The translations under genes were made by a program, and so were the position numbers. From Lytechinus pictus (taxonomy: Eukaryota), in NCBI RefSeq assembly GCF_037042905.1, contig NC_087249.1, positions 42,098,001 to 42,162,000 of the forward strand: a DNA stretch of 64,000 nt, written 5' to 3'. The notes under the pieces were generated by a model. It made no database searches. It had not been told where the DNA came from and saw nothing but the letters and a program-made list of their open reading frames with translations. Within the stretch, counting starts at the first letter, position 1, and the number at the start of each line of letters is the position of its first letter. Below are positions 38,139 through 51,150 of this stretch, piece by piece.

Positions 38139-38500
38139 CAGGTAATATAAAGCTTAGGGATTAAAAGTAGGCCGAATTTCTAAAATTGATTGCATCGATT
38201 ATTGTGTATGATCAATTGTAAAAATCATCCCCATGATCATTTGCTAAGCTTTAGAATATTTCACAGGGCACTGGATGAGTTAAATTGTATTACTGGTTAC
38301 TCTTTGTTCCATCTATGGAAAGATTTTTTTTAGAACTTCCCTTTGCTTTGCATTTAAAACAATGATGAAAAGTTGAGAATTCGCTGTAAACTTTGAACAG
38401 ATTTAACCAGATTTGAATTCATTTTGAAAACTTGAAATAAAATCTCTGTAAAGTCCTGAAGATGAGACAAAAGCTTGCACCCTGAGTACCCTCTCACCTG

Positions 38501-38653
38501 NNNNNNNNNNNNNNNNNNNNNNNNNNNNNNNNNNNNNNNNNNNNNNNNNNNNNNNNNNNNNNNNNNNNNNNNNNNNNNNNNNNNNNNNNNNNNNNNNNNN
38601 NNNNNNNNNNNNNNNNNNNNNNNNNNNNNNNNNNNNNNNNNNNNNNNNNNNNN
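38501..38653. other. Assembly gap (N run)
   Basis: Run of n. Confidence 0.99.
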
Positions 38654-38882
38654 CCTCTCTGCATCCAAGGTTGGGTCTCTCTCACCCCCCCCCCCCTTTC
38701 TGTATTTGTGTTTACATGTACTTCCATTTGAGTCATAGCATGTAATCCACTACGTTATGAATGGTGAAGTTGTAAGAACGCTAATGACTAGGAGTGGCCA
38801 CCTACACACGATCACATCTAATCTCCAGGTAACCAACTAACAGACCATAGATAAACTCACCTACCCCATACTTGACCTTAAA

Positions 38883-38954
38883 CCCTTTCGTTGCCAGAAC
38901 AAGATGCACCATGCATTGAGTCAATGGCATTCTTGGTTTGCAGTACGAAGAGGG
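38883..38954. mobile_element. Tiny (~72 bp) piggyBac-like hairpin MITE
   Basis: TTAA(A)|CCCTTTCGTTGC ... GCAGTACGAAGAGGG|TTAA with a central CATTGAGTCAATG palindrome. Confidence 0.55.
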
Positions 38955-39029
38955 TTAAAATGTCCTCAGTGGCATTTTTCAGGTATGACTTGTCACTGTG
39001 CAGTGTTCAAACAAAATTACCTGGAGAAA

Positions 39030-39257
39030 CACAATAAATGGAACCTGTTTGGAGCCAGAAGGTCTTATGTTCCCACAACATCTACTTTAAGATGTCAAAA
39101 GGGAAGAATCACAATAAATGGTACCTGTTGGAGCCAGAAGGTCTTATGTCATAGAATGCCTCCTTTAATATGCCAAAAGGGGAGAGTCACAATAAGTAGT
39201 ACGCCAGAAGATCTTATGTCATAGAAGTACATATATGCTCTTTATACACCAAAAGGG
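39030..39257 (+). repeat. Diverged tandem repeat, about 3 x ~79 bp
   Basis: CACAATAA(A/G)T...GCCAGAAG(G/A)TCTTATGT...CTTTA...CAAAAGGG repeated three times. Confidence 0.8.
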
Positions 39258-39601
39258 TACTATCAGTGGAACAATTCATTGGAGTTTTTAACCGGTTGGC
39301 TCCTGACACATGTAATTCCAAAATGTTTTGTACTGTACAGGGACCACCCAATTTAATTTCAGTAGGTCACAAGTATAAAGATTGTTTTGGCAGAAGACTG
39401 ATAATGCATGTTTAGCTTTGAGTACATCTAGATCTAATGCTCCAAATATGAAAAGCCAGATGAAATGATTACATGCAAAGATGACATCAAAGGCAATTTG
39501 GCAAATTTCATGTATCATTTTTGCACGATGAAATACATATACCAAACACTAAGATGGAACTTTTTCAAAGGGTTTGTTTTCAAGTACTTTCAGAGAATAA
39601 G

Positions 39602-39918
39602 AGGAGCGTTGTGGCCCAGTGGATTAGTCTCAGACTTTGAAACATAGGGTTGTGGGTTCGAATCCCAGCCATGGCGTAATTTCCTTCTGCAAGAAATTTA
39701 TCCATATTGTGCTGCACTCGACCCAGGTGAGGTGAATGAGTACCCGGTAGGATTTATTCCTTGAACGCTTTAGTGCCTATTGATATGGCGGCTCAGCTAC
39801 AGCTGGGGTAATAATATGATACCAAGTATCAAAGCATAGTTGAGTATATATGCACATACATGTAGTAAAGTTCTGTGCTATGTAAATGGACATATGTATC
39901 ATTGTCATTATTATTATA
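39602..39918 (+). mobile_element. tRNA-derived SINE with CORE-like central domain
   Basis: A box TGGCCCAGTGG (39612-39622) and B box GGTTCGAATCC (39655-39665), then TTCCTTCTGCAAGAAATTTATCCATATTGTGCTGCACTCGACCCAGGTGAGGTGAATGAGTACC and an (ATT)n tail. Other copies at 50870-51150, ~54355-54420, ~59600-59705 and ~62025-62160. The CORE resemblance is from memory. Confidence 0.85.
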
Positions 39919-40106
39919 AGTTTAAATGGATATAGCAAATCTGGAGAAATTAATTGAGTAAATTTTTTATCTTTGTTTACTAGTGAAAAGGTAGGCCTAT
40001 CGTAATAGATTAGCAGTCAAGGGTATAATTATTGAAGCAAGAATACGTAGATTTTGATGTTTGTGTGTATGACATCTTCAAAATAAGTCTGACTGATTGC
40101 CACTAA

Positions 40107-40562
40107 GACACCGTTCTCATTATGCTTTCTGAAACTAGTTTACTGGAAATCGAGTCAGGAAACCAGTTTGGAAGATCGCCTTGCTAGTGTTCCCATTTGC
40201 TCACCCGAAAGTAGTTTTCAAAAATCACTTCACGAATAGCGATCTTGTTGCTATGGAAACGCTTTCAGTGGGGTGACACGTTTCGCACAAAATTCGAAAC
40301 TGCAGTGTAGGCATTCTACACCTGTCGTGTGGAGTAGCGTGCTCAAAATGTGCGAAGATCGCTTCCTGAAGACCGGTTGTGTCCTCACTTACGCTAAAAC
40401 CAGTTTAACGAGGCAAAGCGATCTTGAAAACTACATCACCAGGTGGTTTTATGAATCGGTTTGGAAGATCGCTCCCAAGAGCGCTTCGACCGTTCTCATT
40501 ACATGTTAAGCTAGTTTCCAGTACCGGTAAACTAGTTTTAGGAAGGTAGTGAGAACGGTGTC
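40107..40562 (+). mobile_element. PIF/Harbinger-like MITE family C, copy 2
   Basis: TAA|GACACCGTTCTCA ... TGAGAACGGTGTC|TAA: perfect 13-bp TIR and 3-bp TAA TSD. Confidence 0.92.
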
Positions 40563-42054
40563 TAAACGCTTTTCACTGTAGCAATACAGTCTTTGGATAC
40601 AAAGGATCTAGCATATCCACCAAAGTGTTGGTGTTAATGCATATGATATGAATTTCATGGCTTCGTTTTAACACCATACAGACAAAGATAGCATGCACGG
40701 TAATGAAGATCAGGCTGTTTATAGGTACTTGGGGAGGGGGAAAAATACTTCAGAGGTACTGTTTGTGTGTAACATGGATTTTGACGTTCTTTTGTACAGG
40801 TGTCTGCATAGAATTTTTAGCATTCCAGCCTGGGTTTTTGTAAGTAAGTCGTTGCCCCGTAGTATCACTCACTCGAAGTTGAATAATCTTGTAGAATGGA
40901 GGATGCTCGACTTGCGAGCCTAAACTTTCAAGCACAACTCTTAAGGCTTCACCTGCAACCAAAAATAGAATAAGAGAAAGGGAGAAGAGTTTGTTCTGAA
41001 GCAAGGTCATCCAAGATGTGATGCCTTTAAAGAATCCCCAACAATTACTAGATTACAGAATGGATTAGTGTCCATTTTGCATGCTGGCTGAGCCTGTAGC
41101 ATATAATCAAAGTGATGTTTTTACCTTGGAAGATTGTTCGGAGAGGAATCGAAAAATGAAAAATGAGGCCAAATTTGTGGTCTTGCGTTGAGGATAACAC
41201 TGCAAGTGCAATTCAGATGAGCATTTGAAAGTTGTTATCATGAGGCGTTGCATAATCTAAAGTGGCATATTTTGTATCTTCTTTAGCTTGTGATATAATG
41301 CATATTTTGCAACATTTGAAATTAATTACAAAGGCCTGGAAGCCCCTCCAGCGCTAAGCTCCAAAGTGTCGTCGGTCCTGTCAATCTGGAAATTGTGATT
41401 TTTTAAGTCTCGTGTTATGACAGCTAAAACCAATCCACAACAGCTTAAAGGCAACTTAACCTTTCTAAGAGCTGTAAAGTGGCCGGCCCACCCCCCGAAT
41501 AAGAGGCACTTGCTACCACCAGAAATTCCACTTTAGTTCCTCTTTATTGTACCACTTGGAGTTTGCGTCAAATTAACCGCAAAGTGGATATTTGCACCTC
41601 TCCTTCATGCAACTCTTGCTCACCTGTGCCTACTAGTAATCCCTCCCTCTCCAAACCCATTGGCATGGTGTATGACGTATCGCAAAGGTGCATCATTTAT
41701 CGCATTTAAAAGAATAAAAACTTAATCCTGACCAAAAGTATGTGAGAACAATCTATCTTTTACCTTAATTTCCAGTATTAGAAACCCTTGATTGGCAGTA
41801 ACCACATCCCCTTTTTAATAATGGTACTATAATTATTTTTTCTACCAGCCTGTCCATGTGTAAGTACATTGAGGACGTTGTTATCCCTACCTTGTATAAG
41901 AAAGAGAAGGTATTTCAAGAGGGGAGTTGGGAGAAAGTGAGCGCAGTCTTGCTCTGGAGCTTGGTAGGTGAATCCACACCTGCCTGATAAGAGAAAATCT
42001 TGTAAAATTGAGATCTCACTTTGGCCTCAATATTTGATGACTTATGCAACACAT

Positions 42055-42820
42055 TCAAATCCCAGAAAAATGGTGATTTAAATGAATAGAAAAAAAATCA
42101 AACTAGTATAATGCTGAAAATTTCATCAAAATCGGATGTAAAATAATGTAAAAGGGGGTTTGTCAAGGCGTCTTCACGGCAGCGTCAAGCCGACCTTTCT
42201 GCTATGTGTAAACAAACTTTCGTAATATTTTTGGAGGCGGCTTGACGCCAGCATGAGGCCGACTTGATTAAACCAGCCCATGTGTAAATAGGGTCATTGT
42301 CTCTCACCAGAATTTTTGGAACCAAATATTGTATTTATTTTCTTATTAAAAATATTTCACAAACCCCTCGTCATCATAATACAGGTACATGAATTTCTGT
42401 TTAAAAGTACATGATATGTTGAATAAAACTTTCTGTATTTTTCTCTGTTGAAATGCGTTATGTAGTAGCTAGTTACCGTAGTTACAAAGTTTTGCTTAAT
42501 TTTCACAAAGCAGTTATATGGACAACTCAGTGATGTGCAAATGAGACAGTCGATGATGTCACTCACTCACTCTTTCTTTTGTTATTTATTGTTTGAATTA
42601 TACAATATTTCAGTTTTTTACAGATTTAGAATAAGGGCCAACTTGACTGAAACATGTAGTATTAAAATGATGTTAATTCTACATGTTCAGGGAGGAATTG
42701 ATATTTGTTTCACTTGACAATGAGGAGAAAATTAGAATATTTCATATAATAAAATACAAAAGAAGTAGTGAGTAGATGACATCATCAGTCTCCTCATTTG
42801 CATACCGACCAGGATGTGCC
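42055..42820 (+). mobile_element. Degenerate, interrupted copy of the Kolobok-like MITE at 49978
   Basis: Shares GCTGAAAATTTCATCAAAATCGGATGTAAAATAA, TGCAAATGAGA.AGTCGATGATGTC.CTCACTCACT and GATGACATCATCAGT..CCTCATTTGCATAC.GACCAGGATGTGC with 49978-50576. Unrelated sequence (~42150-42480, including another MITE end) interrupts it. Confidence 0.75.
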
Positions 42821-43011
42821 CTGGAAAGTAGTTTTTTAGTAAATTGTCTGTAAAGTTTTTCTATTGATCTTGCACATTTAAGGTCGAGAAATCGTTTTCA
42901 AACTTAAATGAATGAATAAAGGGATGAAATGAAATATGCATAGTAAATTTGGTCTGAAATAAGTTGATATTTTTGATGTGTGCGCCCTTCTGCTACTCGT
43001 GCGACGACTTA

Positions 43012-43212
43012 CACAGTAAAAAAAATTGCACATTGTTTAATAAGCATGTCACTCTAGCAACAAGTTGTTAAAACTTTTTTGTAATTGTTTAAACTTTTTA
43101 AACAACTTGTTTAAAAAGTTTAAACAGTTGTTTAAAAAGTTTAAACAGTAGTTGTATTAAGAGTGACGGGCTTAAACAACGTGCTTAAAATTTTAAACAG
43201 CATTTTACAGTG
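43012..43212 (-). mobile_element. CACTG...GTG MITE family B, copy 2 (inverted relative to 29911)
   Basis: TA|CACAGTAAAAA ... AATTTTAAACAGCATTTTACAGTG|TA with internal TTGTTTAAAAAGTTTAAACA repeats. Confidence 0.8.
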
Positions 43213-44277
43213 TATATTCCTGCATGCATAGGAAAGGATGCACATTCTTTATTCCTCACACACAAAAAAAGGTCTTGTAATATATATACTTATGTAGATA
43301 CCAAATTTTTTGTTGTTGGAATATTCCTTTTGGGGTATTACAAGTACTTGGTATTGACACTGACAAATTAGCCAGTATTTTCTGATGGGGTAGGATGCCG
43401 GATTAGGAAGTACCGGGTAATTTTTGTGATCAGGTGGGTCTGAAATCATCTTTGTGATGAGTCGTTCATCCCGAAAACAATCTTGAAAAGGGACAACAAG
43501 AAGAGGATATATTTTTGCCTAGAGCTGCATTCCAACTATCTCCTTAGCCTTTGTTAGGGAAAATGTTATGGTAGTAGCGAGTGAAAGATTGGCACAGGTT
43601 ACGTACATGCTAAGATTTCAGGCAGAAAGGGATGAGTGAATAGAGGAAAAGAAGATTGTAGAGAAAGTTGAATTCATATTTTTAATGAAAGAAAAAAGCT
43701 TTGGAAAAATGTCTGTATTTGTTTGTTTGTTTTATTAGTATGCAGAAATAAGGAGATTGAGAGTGAAAAAGAGAGGGGATGGTATGTTATAGATTATAGG
43801 CGAAGACAGGCATAAAGAAAGAATTGATTTTAAGAATGAAATTGGAAGAAGAGAATGAAGATTCCATGGAAATGAGAAAAGAACAGAGTAATGATTCAAA
43901 GAAATACTTTAGTCTCATACATTTACATTGTATACACACATGTGTTGACATTTTTCCATTGGTTAGGCAGCAAAACCAAAATTTCATGAGAGAATTTTTT
44001 TTTTGAATTTGACAGTGTTTTGCTCAGTTTGATAGCTCTTTATGTACCAATATCATAATCACTTGACCTTAAGTAAGCATTGCTTTGGGATTATCCAAAC
44101 TTAGTGATTTTCACAAAATATGAGGTCGGTTCAATCCAAGAAAGTCGTTATCTATAGTACCTTGTAGAATCCTCTTTCATTAAATGGATGATGGAGATTG
44201 TATTTAGGAGAACAGCTTGGTGATATACATTTTGATAACCGGTGATGCTGGAGGAAAGGTTTTTGAGAAGAGGGCAA

Positions 44278-44408
44278 GTCCCGTAACACAAAGGTTAGCG
44301 ATTGATCATATACTTGATTTTTTATAATTGATTGTACATTGTAATCAATGCAATTGATCATATATGTATTCTTCTACGATGATTGCAGGGCTTTGTGTTA
44401 CAGACCCC
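44278..44408. mobile_element. Short hairpin MITE
   Basis: GTCCCGTAACACAAAG ... CTTTGTGTTACAGAC inverted ends with ATTGATCATATA repeats inside. Related fragments at ~38150-38270 and ~45155-45215. Confidence 0.6.
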
Positions 44409-46242
44409 TGGTGTCCTGAAGGGTCCTTGACCAAAATGAAGTAGATGAGGAAACAATAGAGAAGCGGTGCAGAGCAAGACAAGAACACAAAAATATATGT
44501 CTGGGAACAACTTGGTATCGTCGGGTGTCAATCAAACGGAATGACATGTTCCTCAGCATGGGATTATTGGCAGGTTTTCATCTCCTAGTCCATCAACGTT
44601 GTGATTTCAGGAACTTATTTGTGATTTTCATGGAATCTTTCACTTTTATGAATCGTTGATGATGACATTTGTAAACTACAAATGTTAGTACAGTGCTGTG
44701 CGAATGCCGGCCATTGTTTTGCAACGTGGAACATTAGAGAATGACATCCACAACTTGCAAATGATGAAATTATTGAGCAAAGACGTAGAGACCAATTCGG
44801 TTTGGGTGCTGTTATTAATGGTAATTTCTAAATGGGGAGGGGTGTTTAAATATACCTCACAAAAGATAATTCATACACTTGACATAAATAGCAATGCTCC
44901 TGACTCATTGCTTATCCCTTTGAAAGTGATTGTGATCTTCTTTGGACCCCCCCCCAGTTATCGCCACCATTTGTCACTGTGCTCTAAAGTCGGACTCACC
45001 TATATGGTTTAACTATTGTTTTTAGAGGGTATAGTATGTCTGTGCTGATAATGAATGAAAATATGATAGTCCAAGTATACTCTTGTAGGAAATCAAAGAC
45101 AATCTGAAACATAAGTGAAGTTGAAAGAGAATTGTCAAAGAAGTGACAAGATGTTCAGGGTCAACAACGTGAAACTTAGCAATTGATCGTGGCGTTGATT
45201 TCTATGATTCATTATGAATAAAAACACATTCAAATCCAAATCGTAATGATGTCATCATCGGCTTCGACTTTAAGCCGATTTGGACTTTACTCCGACCACA
45301 GGGCTTGCCGCAAAGTTAAAATATGATTTTAGTATCCCTTACATAATGCCAAACTTTAAATAAAATAATCTTACTTCTTGGAACTTTCATGTTTAATGCA
45401 AAATGTGATTTCTTGAAAAATTGAGTCGCATCGGATCGCATAGTGTGAGACGGGCTTAAGGTATATGTAGTGGGGCCCTTGCAAGACGACTCAATTAATC
45501 CCTCAAGTTGACCCTTTAGATGTTACCATGGCTTGTCATGGGGTAGGAGATGGTCAGCTACAAATGGTTAGTCCCTAGAACCCAGTAGAAGTTTAGGATG
45601 AATAGATCGTCCGTAATACCTGTGTATTGGCAATTCAGAGATATAAATTGATTTGACTTTTATGTCACCGATACCGTGACACTTATCAGGGGCCGGGAAT
45701 TTCTGTCAAGGTGTATTATACACAGCAGAAGGGGCATGGTATAGTTCTTTTGAGGAACTTTTACCAGATAAAAGTACAGCTAACTTCTCTCCTTTAGAAT
45801 TGCAGCGATTTGTGCAGAAAAAGACACCCCTCCATTAAAATGATCAAAACACAATTCTTGCTTTATCTCCGTCTCCTCCCCATCACATTTAATGGTGGAT
45901 TAGCAGAACTTTGTCTCATTTGCTCCGTCTCCGTAATTGCATTTATGGTTAAACCCATTAAGCGGGTGCTTCAATATGGGGGCAGAAAGCCTCTAAGTTC
46001 TGGCCTGCATTTCCCAAACTTCCTCCATCAATTGCTAATTCAATGGTTTTGGCAACAATTACAGTTTAAAATTCTAAGGAGAATGGTGTTAAATACCCCC
46101 TACTGAATATAACTTACAGAATTTGGGTCAGCATTATTGGGGGAAAAGGTCTATGTCTTGAAATCATTATGGCTCAATTCTACAAACAACTTAAAAAAGA
46201 CTGGGAGTTTTTTATCTGTAAAAAGAAATAAAAGGTCCCATA

Positions 46243-46678
46243 GACACCGTTCTCACAACATTCCTAAAACTAGTTTACTGGAAACTAGTTGAATGTGAAG
46301 TGAGAACGGTCGAAGCGATCTTCCAAACCGGTTCAGAAAACCACCTCGCGATGTAGTTTCAAGATCGCTTTGCCTTGTTAAACTGGTTTTAGCATAAGTG
46401 AGGACACAACTGTTCTTCGGGAAGCGATCTTCGCACATTTTGAATGCGCTACTCCACGCGACAGGTGTAGAATGCCTATGCTGCAGTTTTGAATTTGGCG
46501 CGAAACGTGTCACCCCACTGAGAGCATTTTCATAGCAACAAGATCGCTTTCCATGAAGTGATTTTGATAACCACTTTCGTGTGATCAAGTGAGAACGCTA
46601 GCAAAGCGATATTCCAAACTGGTTTCCTGAATCGGTTTCCAGTAAACTAGTTTTAGAAAGTGTAATGAGAACGGCCTC
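46243..46678 (-). mobile_element. PIF/Harbinger-like MITE family C, copy 3 (inverted)
   Basis: GACACCGTTCTCAC ... TAATGAGAACGG. Its reverse complement aligns with 40107-40562; the spurious ORFs 46253-46588(-) and 40273-40509(+) give near-identical peptides. Confidence 0.9.
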
Positions 46679-47206
46679 CTACTTATCCCGTTTTTGGGGT
46701 CTTGTCTCTCAGAAACTCACAGTCCAAGACCTGGGGTGACAATAAGACCCTGAATAGGGCCCAGACTATAAATTGAATTAATCTTACAAAGCCAGGCAAT
46801 GCACGATCTTGTCGGGCATTTGCACAATAGAAAATTTATGCAAAATTGTTAAAGAAACATAAAAACTGTTGAAATGCATCGATCAAATGACACTCTGATT
46901 CAGTTCCTACAACAGGAGTAGTTGGCCTATCACGTAGTCTCTGCAAACTGTACTGCATTTGGCAGTTTGATTCTTACATTTTGTACGTAAAAATATAGCT
47001 ATGAAACACTCTTTTTCGAATAATGAAGCTTTTCTGCAAATTTGTAAGGAGATCTCTGTATACCTACCTATACCCTGAGAGGAACTCCAAGTTATTGCTG
47101 TATCAGATTAGTTCCTTCTCTAAATATCGTGCATGGATGGTATTATTTTGTGGCACTGCATTTAGCAGAAGCTGGAGTCTCCTAGACTTTGATTCCAAAT
47201 TTCTTA

Positions 47207-47332
47207 ATCACTTTTTTAAAATATATTTCTGATGACATATCACTTTTTTAAAATATATTTCTGATGACATATCACTTTTTTAAAATATATTTCTGATGAC
47301 ATATCACTTTTTTTCTATATATTTCTGATGAT
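47207..47332 (+). repeat. Tandem repeat, 4 x 32 bp
   Basis: ATCACTTTTTTAAAATATATTTCTGATGACAT three times near-perfect plus one diverged copy. Confidence 0.92.
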
Positions 47333-47387
47333 GAGCCAACATATCTCTTCTTTAGTAAGAGTCCTTTCTCATCTAGTAAATATTTAA

Positions 47388-48322
47388 GGACGTTCCACAG
47401 TTAAAGTGAAATCCATGTCATTTTCACCAAACTTTGCACATAGATACTTTAGAACCTTAATATTCGAAATATGCAAAAATTAACATAGGTCCATGTGCTT
47501 GATTTTTTGCTATAGTGCTTCAAAGTTCACCCAAATTGATGTTCTTAAAAATTGCGCATTCAAAAGAATTTGGCATTTTTAGACCGCCCAAGATTACTAC
47601 AATGAGTTTAAACCTCTATTACTCAGTCAAAATACATGAAAAAGTCATCAAATTTCGCAAGAGAGTTAATAATTGTATCGTTAGAATGGAGAATCTATTT
47701 ATAGTGCTATTTGTTTGCAATTTTAAGTTTAACAGCTCTGTCAGTTCTTAAAAAAGGCGTAAACGATAACAAAATCCCAATCTGAAAAATGTAAAATTTC
47801 AGTAACAAACTACAAACGTACAATAAATGCTGCTCTTTATTCAAAATCCATGTCATTTTCACCAAAATTTGCAGAGTTGTAGAGGAAGGTATACCTAAGA
47901 GGTACAAACATTGAAAAATAGGGGTTCATGTGCTTGTTTTTAAACTATCAGCATTTTTATTAGAGCAAATGTGCTTTTTAAAACACCAAAAATGCGCCGA
48001 ATGCTTTTGTATCTATGTGAAGAAAAAATCAAAATCACTCTACCATTTATTCAAACTCGGGGTAATATCCGTGATTCTTGGCAGCAATGCAGAGTAAAGT
48101 ATTTTGAAATTGTAGAATTTTTTTTTGAATGGTCCATGGAATAATTCAATTTTTTAGCTTCATGAAATAACGCATCGGATCTGCAGTTAAAGTGCAGAAG
48201 ATGAGAAAAATCAGCTCATACCCGCAGCTAATTAATCACTTGTTCATCCATTGTGACGTCAGCGCGCAGAGTGTAAACTATGCGCAGATCATAATGCGCA
48301 CAAACATAACTGTGGAACGTCC
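47388..48322. mobile_element. Kolobok-like non-autonomous DNA transposon (~935 bp)
   Basis: TTAA|GGACGTTCCACAGTTA ... TAACTGTGGAACGTCC|TTAA: perfect 16-bp TIR, TTAA TSD and purine-purine terminus. An internal direct repeat AAATCCATGTCATTTTCACCAAA lies at ~47409 and ~47844. Confidence 0.88.
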
Positions 48323-49977
48323 TTAAGATGGAGTTTTAATAGAGAAAAAAATCATACGTGGAGCTCAAATCCTAATCTTGTTTTGTGCTATACTGTATAT
48401 TTCAGTCGTCTGAATGGGGTATGTCTTTCCATGGGGAGATGGGTGTTTAGCCCCCTACTCATAGGGCTTCTCAGGACCTTGCAGGGGATCGGAGCCCGTC
48501 CTGTTTTTCCTACTCCACGCAAAGTTGTCTACCCAGGGTCTGGAAGGCACAGACGGTTTGCCACATCGATGGCGTCCCGGGGAATCCCTCTAACTGGTGA
48601 TGCTTCTTACAACTCCGTAAAGTGCATCTTATTCTCATCGACTGGCATCGTAAAGCTAGAAGTCTATTGCCTGGCCCTATCAAACACCACATCATTCATG
48701 TTTAAAGTAGGGTAGGGTGGGAGGGGGAAAGCAAGGTGGGAAAGGCTGTATACAACATGGCATTTAATTCCTGGCATGTAAGTCCATCAAATCCCATTTA
48801 GTATCTGTTCTATTTGTTTTGAGTGTTTCAAATATCCCATAAACCCAACAAATATGCAGGCTTCCTGCACAAAGTACAGTATATCACCCCCTCCCAATAG
48901 GAAAAAAAAGTGGAGAGAAAGAGCAACAACAACGAGGGTTTCACGTTGTTCTCTTGTCTTGTACGCTTTGTTGTAGCCATTTTGACAAGACCATTTAGTC
49001 CGTCATTTGTTGAGAATTGCCAAGAGGCTGCTCAGTGCGGAAGTAATTCATTTCATTAGCTTAAAAGCTTTGTTAAAAGACATTGAATAGGTTTACATTG
49101 TGCATCATGTTAGAGTAACAATTTGGAATAAATACCCAGTGTTGAAAAACAAGCAACAACAAAAAATGCCCGTACACCAAGCCCACACGTTCATCAACCG
49201 TAGGTCTCATCTACAACAGTCTTCACAAGTCATACTTGAAAATAAGTTTCATAATGCATTATTTTTGTTGCTATGACAGTTAACCTTCAATATTTCTAGG
49301 GGGTGGGGAGGGGGGGGGGTTGTTTAATTCACCCATGCCAGGCAAGTCCCTAGCCTATGCAGACCTCATTCTCTTCCAGCCAAGTTGGGGGGGGGGGTGA
49401 GTTTGGCGGGCTCCATTTTCATTTGATCTCACATATTGTGTGTCTGTAGTGGTATCGTTCTCCCGAAGCCATCCATCCCTGGCCATTGCTTGGCCTTTTC
49501 CTGTCGCTTCTGATAATTCCATGTAGACAAAGTATCTATCAGAACATGACAAGATAAAGATCCCAAGATTATCTGGGCGTGTGCAGGAATGTATACCCTG
49601 GATATCTTCAAGAAATGGTACCGTTGCCTGACTTCTTTTTACTAACCCATTCAATGCCGACATTTGCCTCGCACTTAGCCCATTGACGAGGAATATCAGT
49701 CACAATGCCATATTCAGTATGCAAGAGGTTAACTTTTGCACATGTTCAAGTTTAAACCACACAACAAAGCCACTTAAATATCAAATGTTTGAAGATGTGG
49801 TCCTTAGTTTCTAACATAGTCTTGTTGCCCACTTTAAGATTTGTAATGTTTTTATTGTTCTATTCAAATTTTTATTTTATTTCTTCACTAATTTTGCTTG
49901 ATACAATTTTGAATTATTCGTTTAAGGTTGAAGGAAGTGCTACAAAGACATTGGATAGCATCTCCTTTAGTCCTTAA

Positions 49978-50576
49978 AGGTCAAGTCCACCCCAGAAAAA
50001 TGTTGATTTGAAACAATAGAGAAAAATCCAACAAGCATAACGCTGAAAATTTCATCAAAATCGGATGTAAAATAAGAAAGTTATGGCATTTTAAAGTTTC
50101 GCTTATTTTTCATAGTTATATGAACAAGTCAGCAACATGCAAATGAGAGAGTCGATGATGTCCCTCACTCACTGTTTCTATTGTTTTTTATTGTTTGAAT
50201 TACACAATATTTCAATTTTTACAAATTTGACAATAGGGATCAACTTGATTGAATCATAAAATGTTAAAACAATAGTAATTCCACATGTTCAGAGAGGAAC
50301 AAAACTTTCTTTCACATGACAAAAAGGGGAAAATTAGAATAATTCATATTTTATTCAATAAAATACAAAAGAAATAGTGAGTGGATGACATCATCAGTTC
50401 CCTCATTTGCATACAGACCAGGATGTGCATATAACAATTTTGTGAAATTAAACGAAATTTAAAAATGTCATAACTTTCTTATTTTACATCCGATTTTGAT
50501 GAAATTTTCAGCGTTGTGCTTGTTGGATTTTTCTCTTTTTATTCAAAACAACTTTTTGTTGGGGTGGACTTGTCCT
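49978..50576. mobile_element. Kolobok-like MITE (~600 bp)
   Basis: TTAA|AGGTCAAGTCCACCCCA ... TGGGGTGGACTTGTCCT|TTAA with ~120-bp inverted arms (GCTGAAAATTTCATCAAAATCGGATGTAAAATAAGAAAGTTATG and its complement). Confidence 0.9.
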
Positions 50577-50869
50577 TTAACTGCCCACACAGACCTTGGT
50601 TCTTTACCCAGAATGCTACATTTCTTTTCTATCATGTAGTCTTAATGTTATATTTTTAATATACCCATTAAAATGAAAATTAATTTGTTGATTTAATCTT
50701 AACAGCATTCGTGCCACAAATGTTGCCAAGGAAAAGAAAGGATCATTGAATTCCCGGTACCTTCCAAATTTCCAATCCCTATCTGGATAGAGGGTGGTTC
50801 AATGCACAAGCTTGAGTGAGAGCATTAAGGCTTCAAACGAATTCATTTACAATACATATGTATTTTATT

Positions 50870-51150
50870 AAAATAATAAAATAATATAGGATGTGTATAG
50901 CTCATGTATCCACCTTGCTAGTTGCTCAAGGTGCTCCTATATTACCCCGGCTAAGCTAGTCTACCAATTCTGGTGCGCACAGCGTTTTGAGGAATTACTT
51001 CCTGCCGGTACCCATTTACCTCACCTGGGTTGAGTGCAGCACAATGTGGGTAAATTTCTTGCTGAAGGAAAACACGCCATTGCTTGGAATCGAGCCCACG
51101 TCCTTCATATTGAAAGACGAGAGTCTCAACCACTAGACCACAATGCCCCC
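50870..51150 (-). mobile_element. tRNA-derived SINE, same family as 39602, reverse orientation
   Basis: Reverse complement: GGGGCATTGTGGTCTAGTGG (A box), GGGCTCGATTCC (B box), TTCCTTCAGCAAGAAATTTACCCACATTGTGCTGCACTCAACCCAGGTGAGGTAAATGGGTACC, then a TATT tail. Confidence 0.85.

Noticed and set aside
39030-39257. CRISPR-like repeat/spacer appearance (also 47207-47332 and 52620-52800)
   Set aside because: Eukaryotic intron, no cas genes, and the intervening sequences are homologous to each other rather than unique spacers.
34991-46588. Three similar short ORFs (34991, 40273, 46253) suggesting a small gene family
   Set aside because: They are translations of three copies of the same non-coding MITE.
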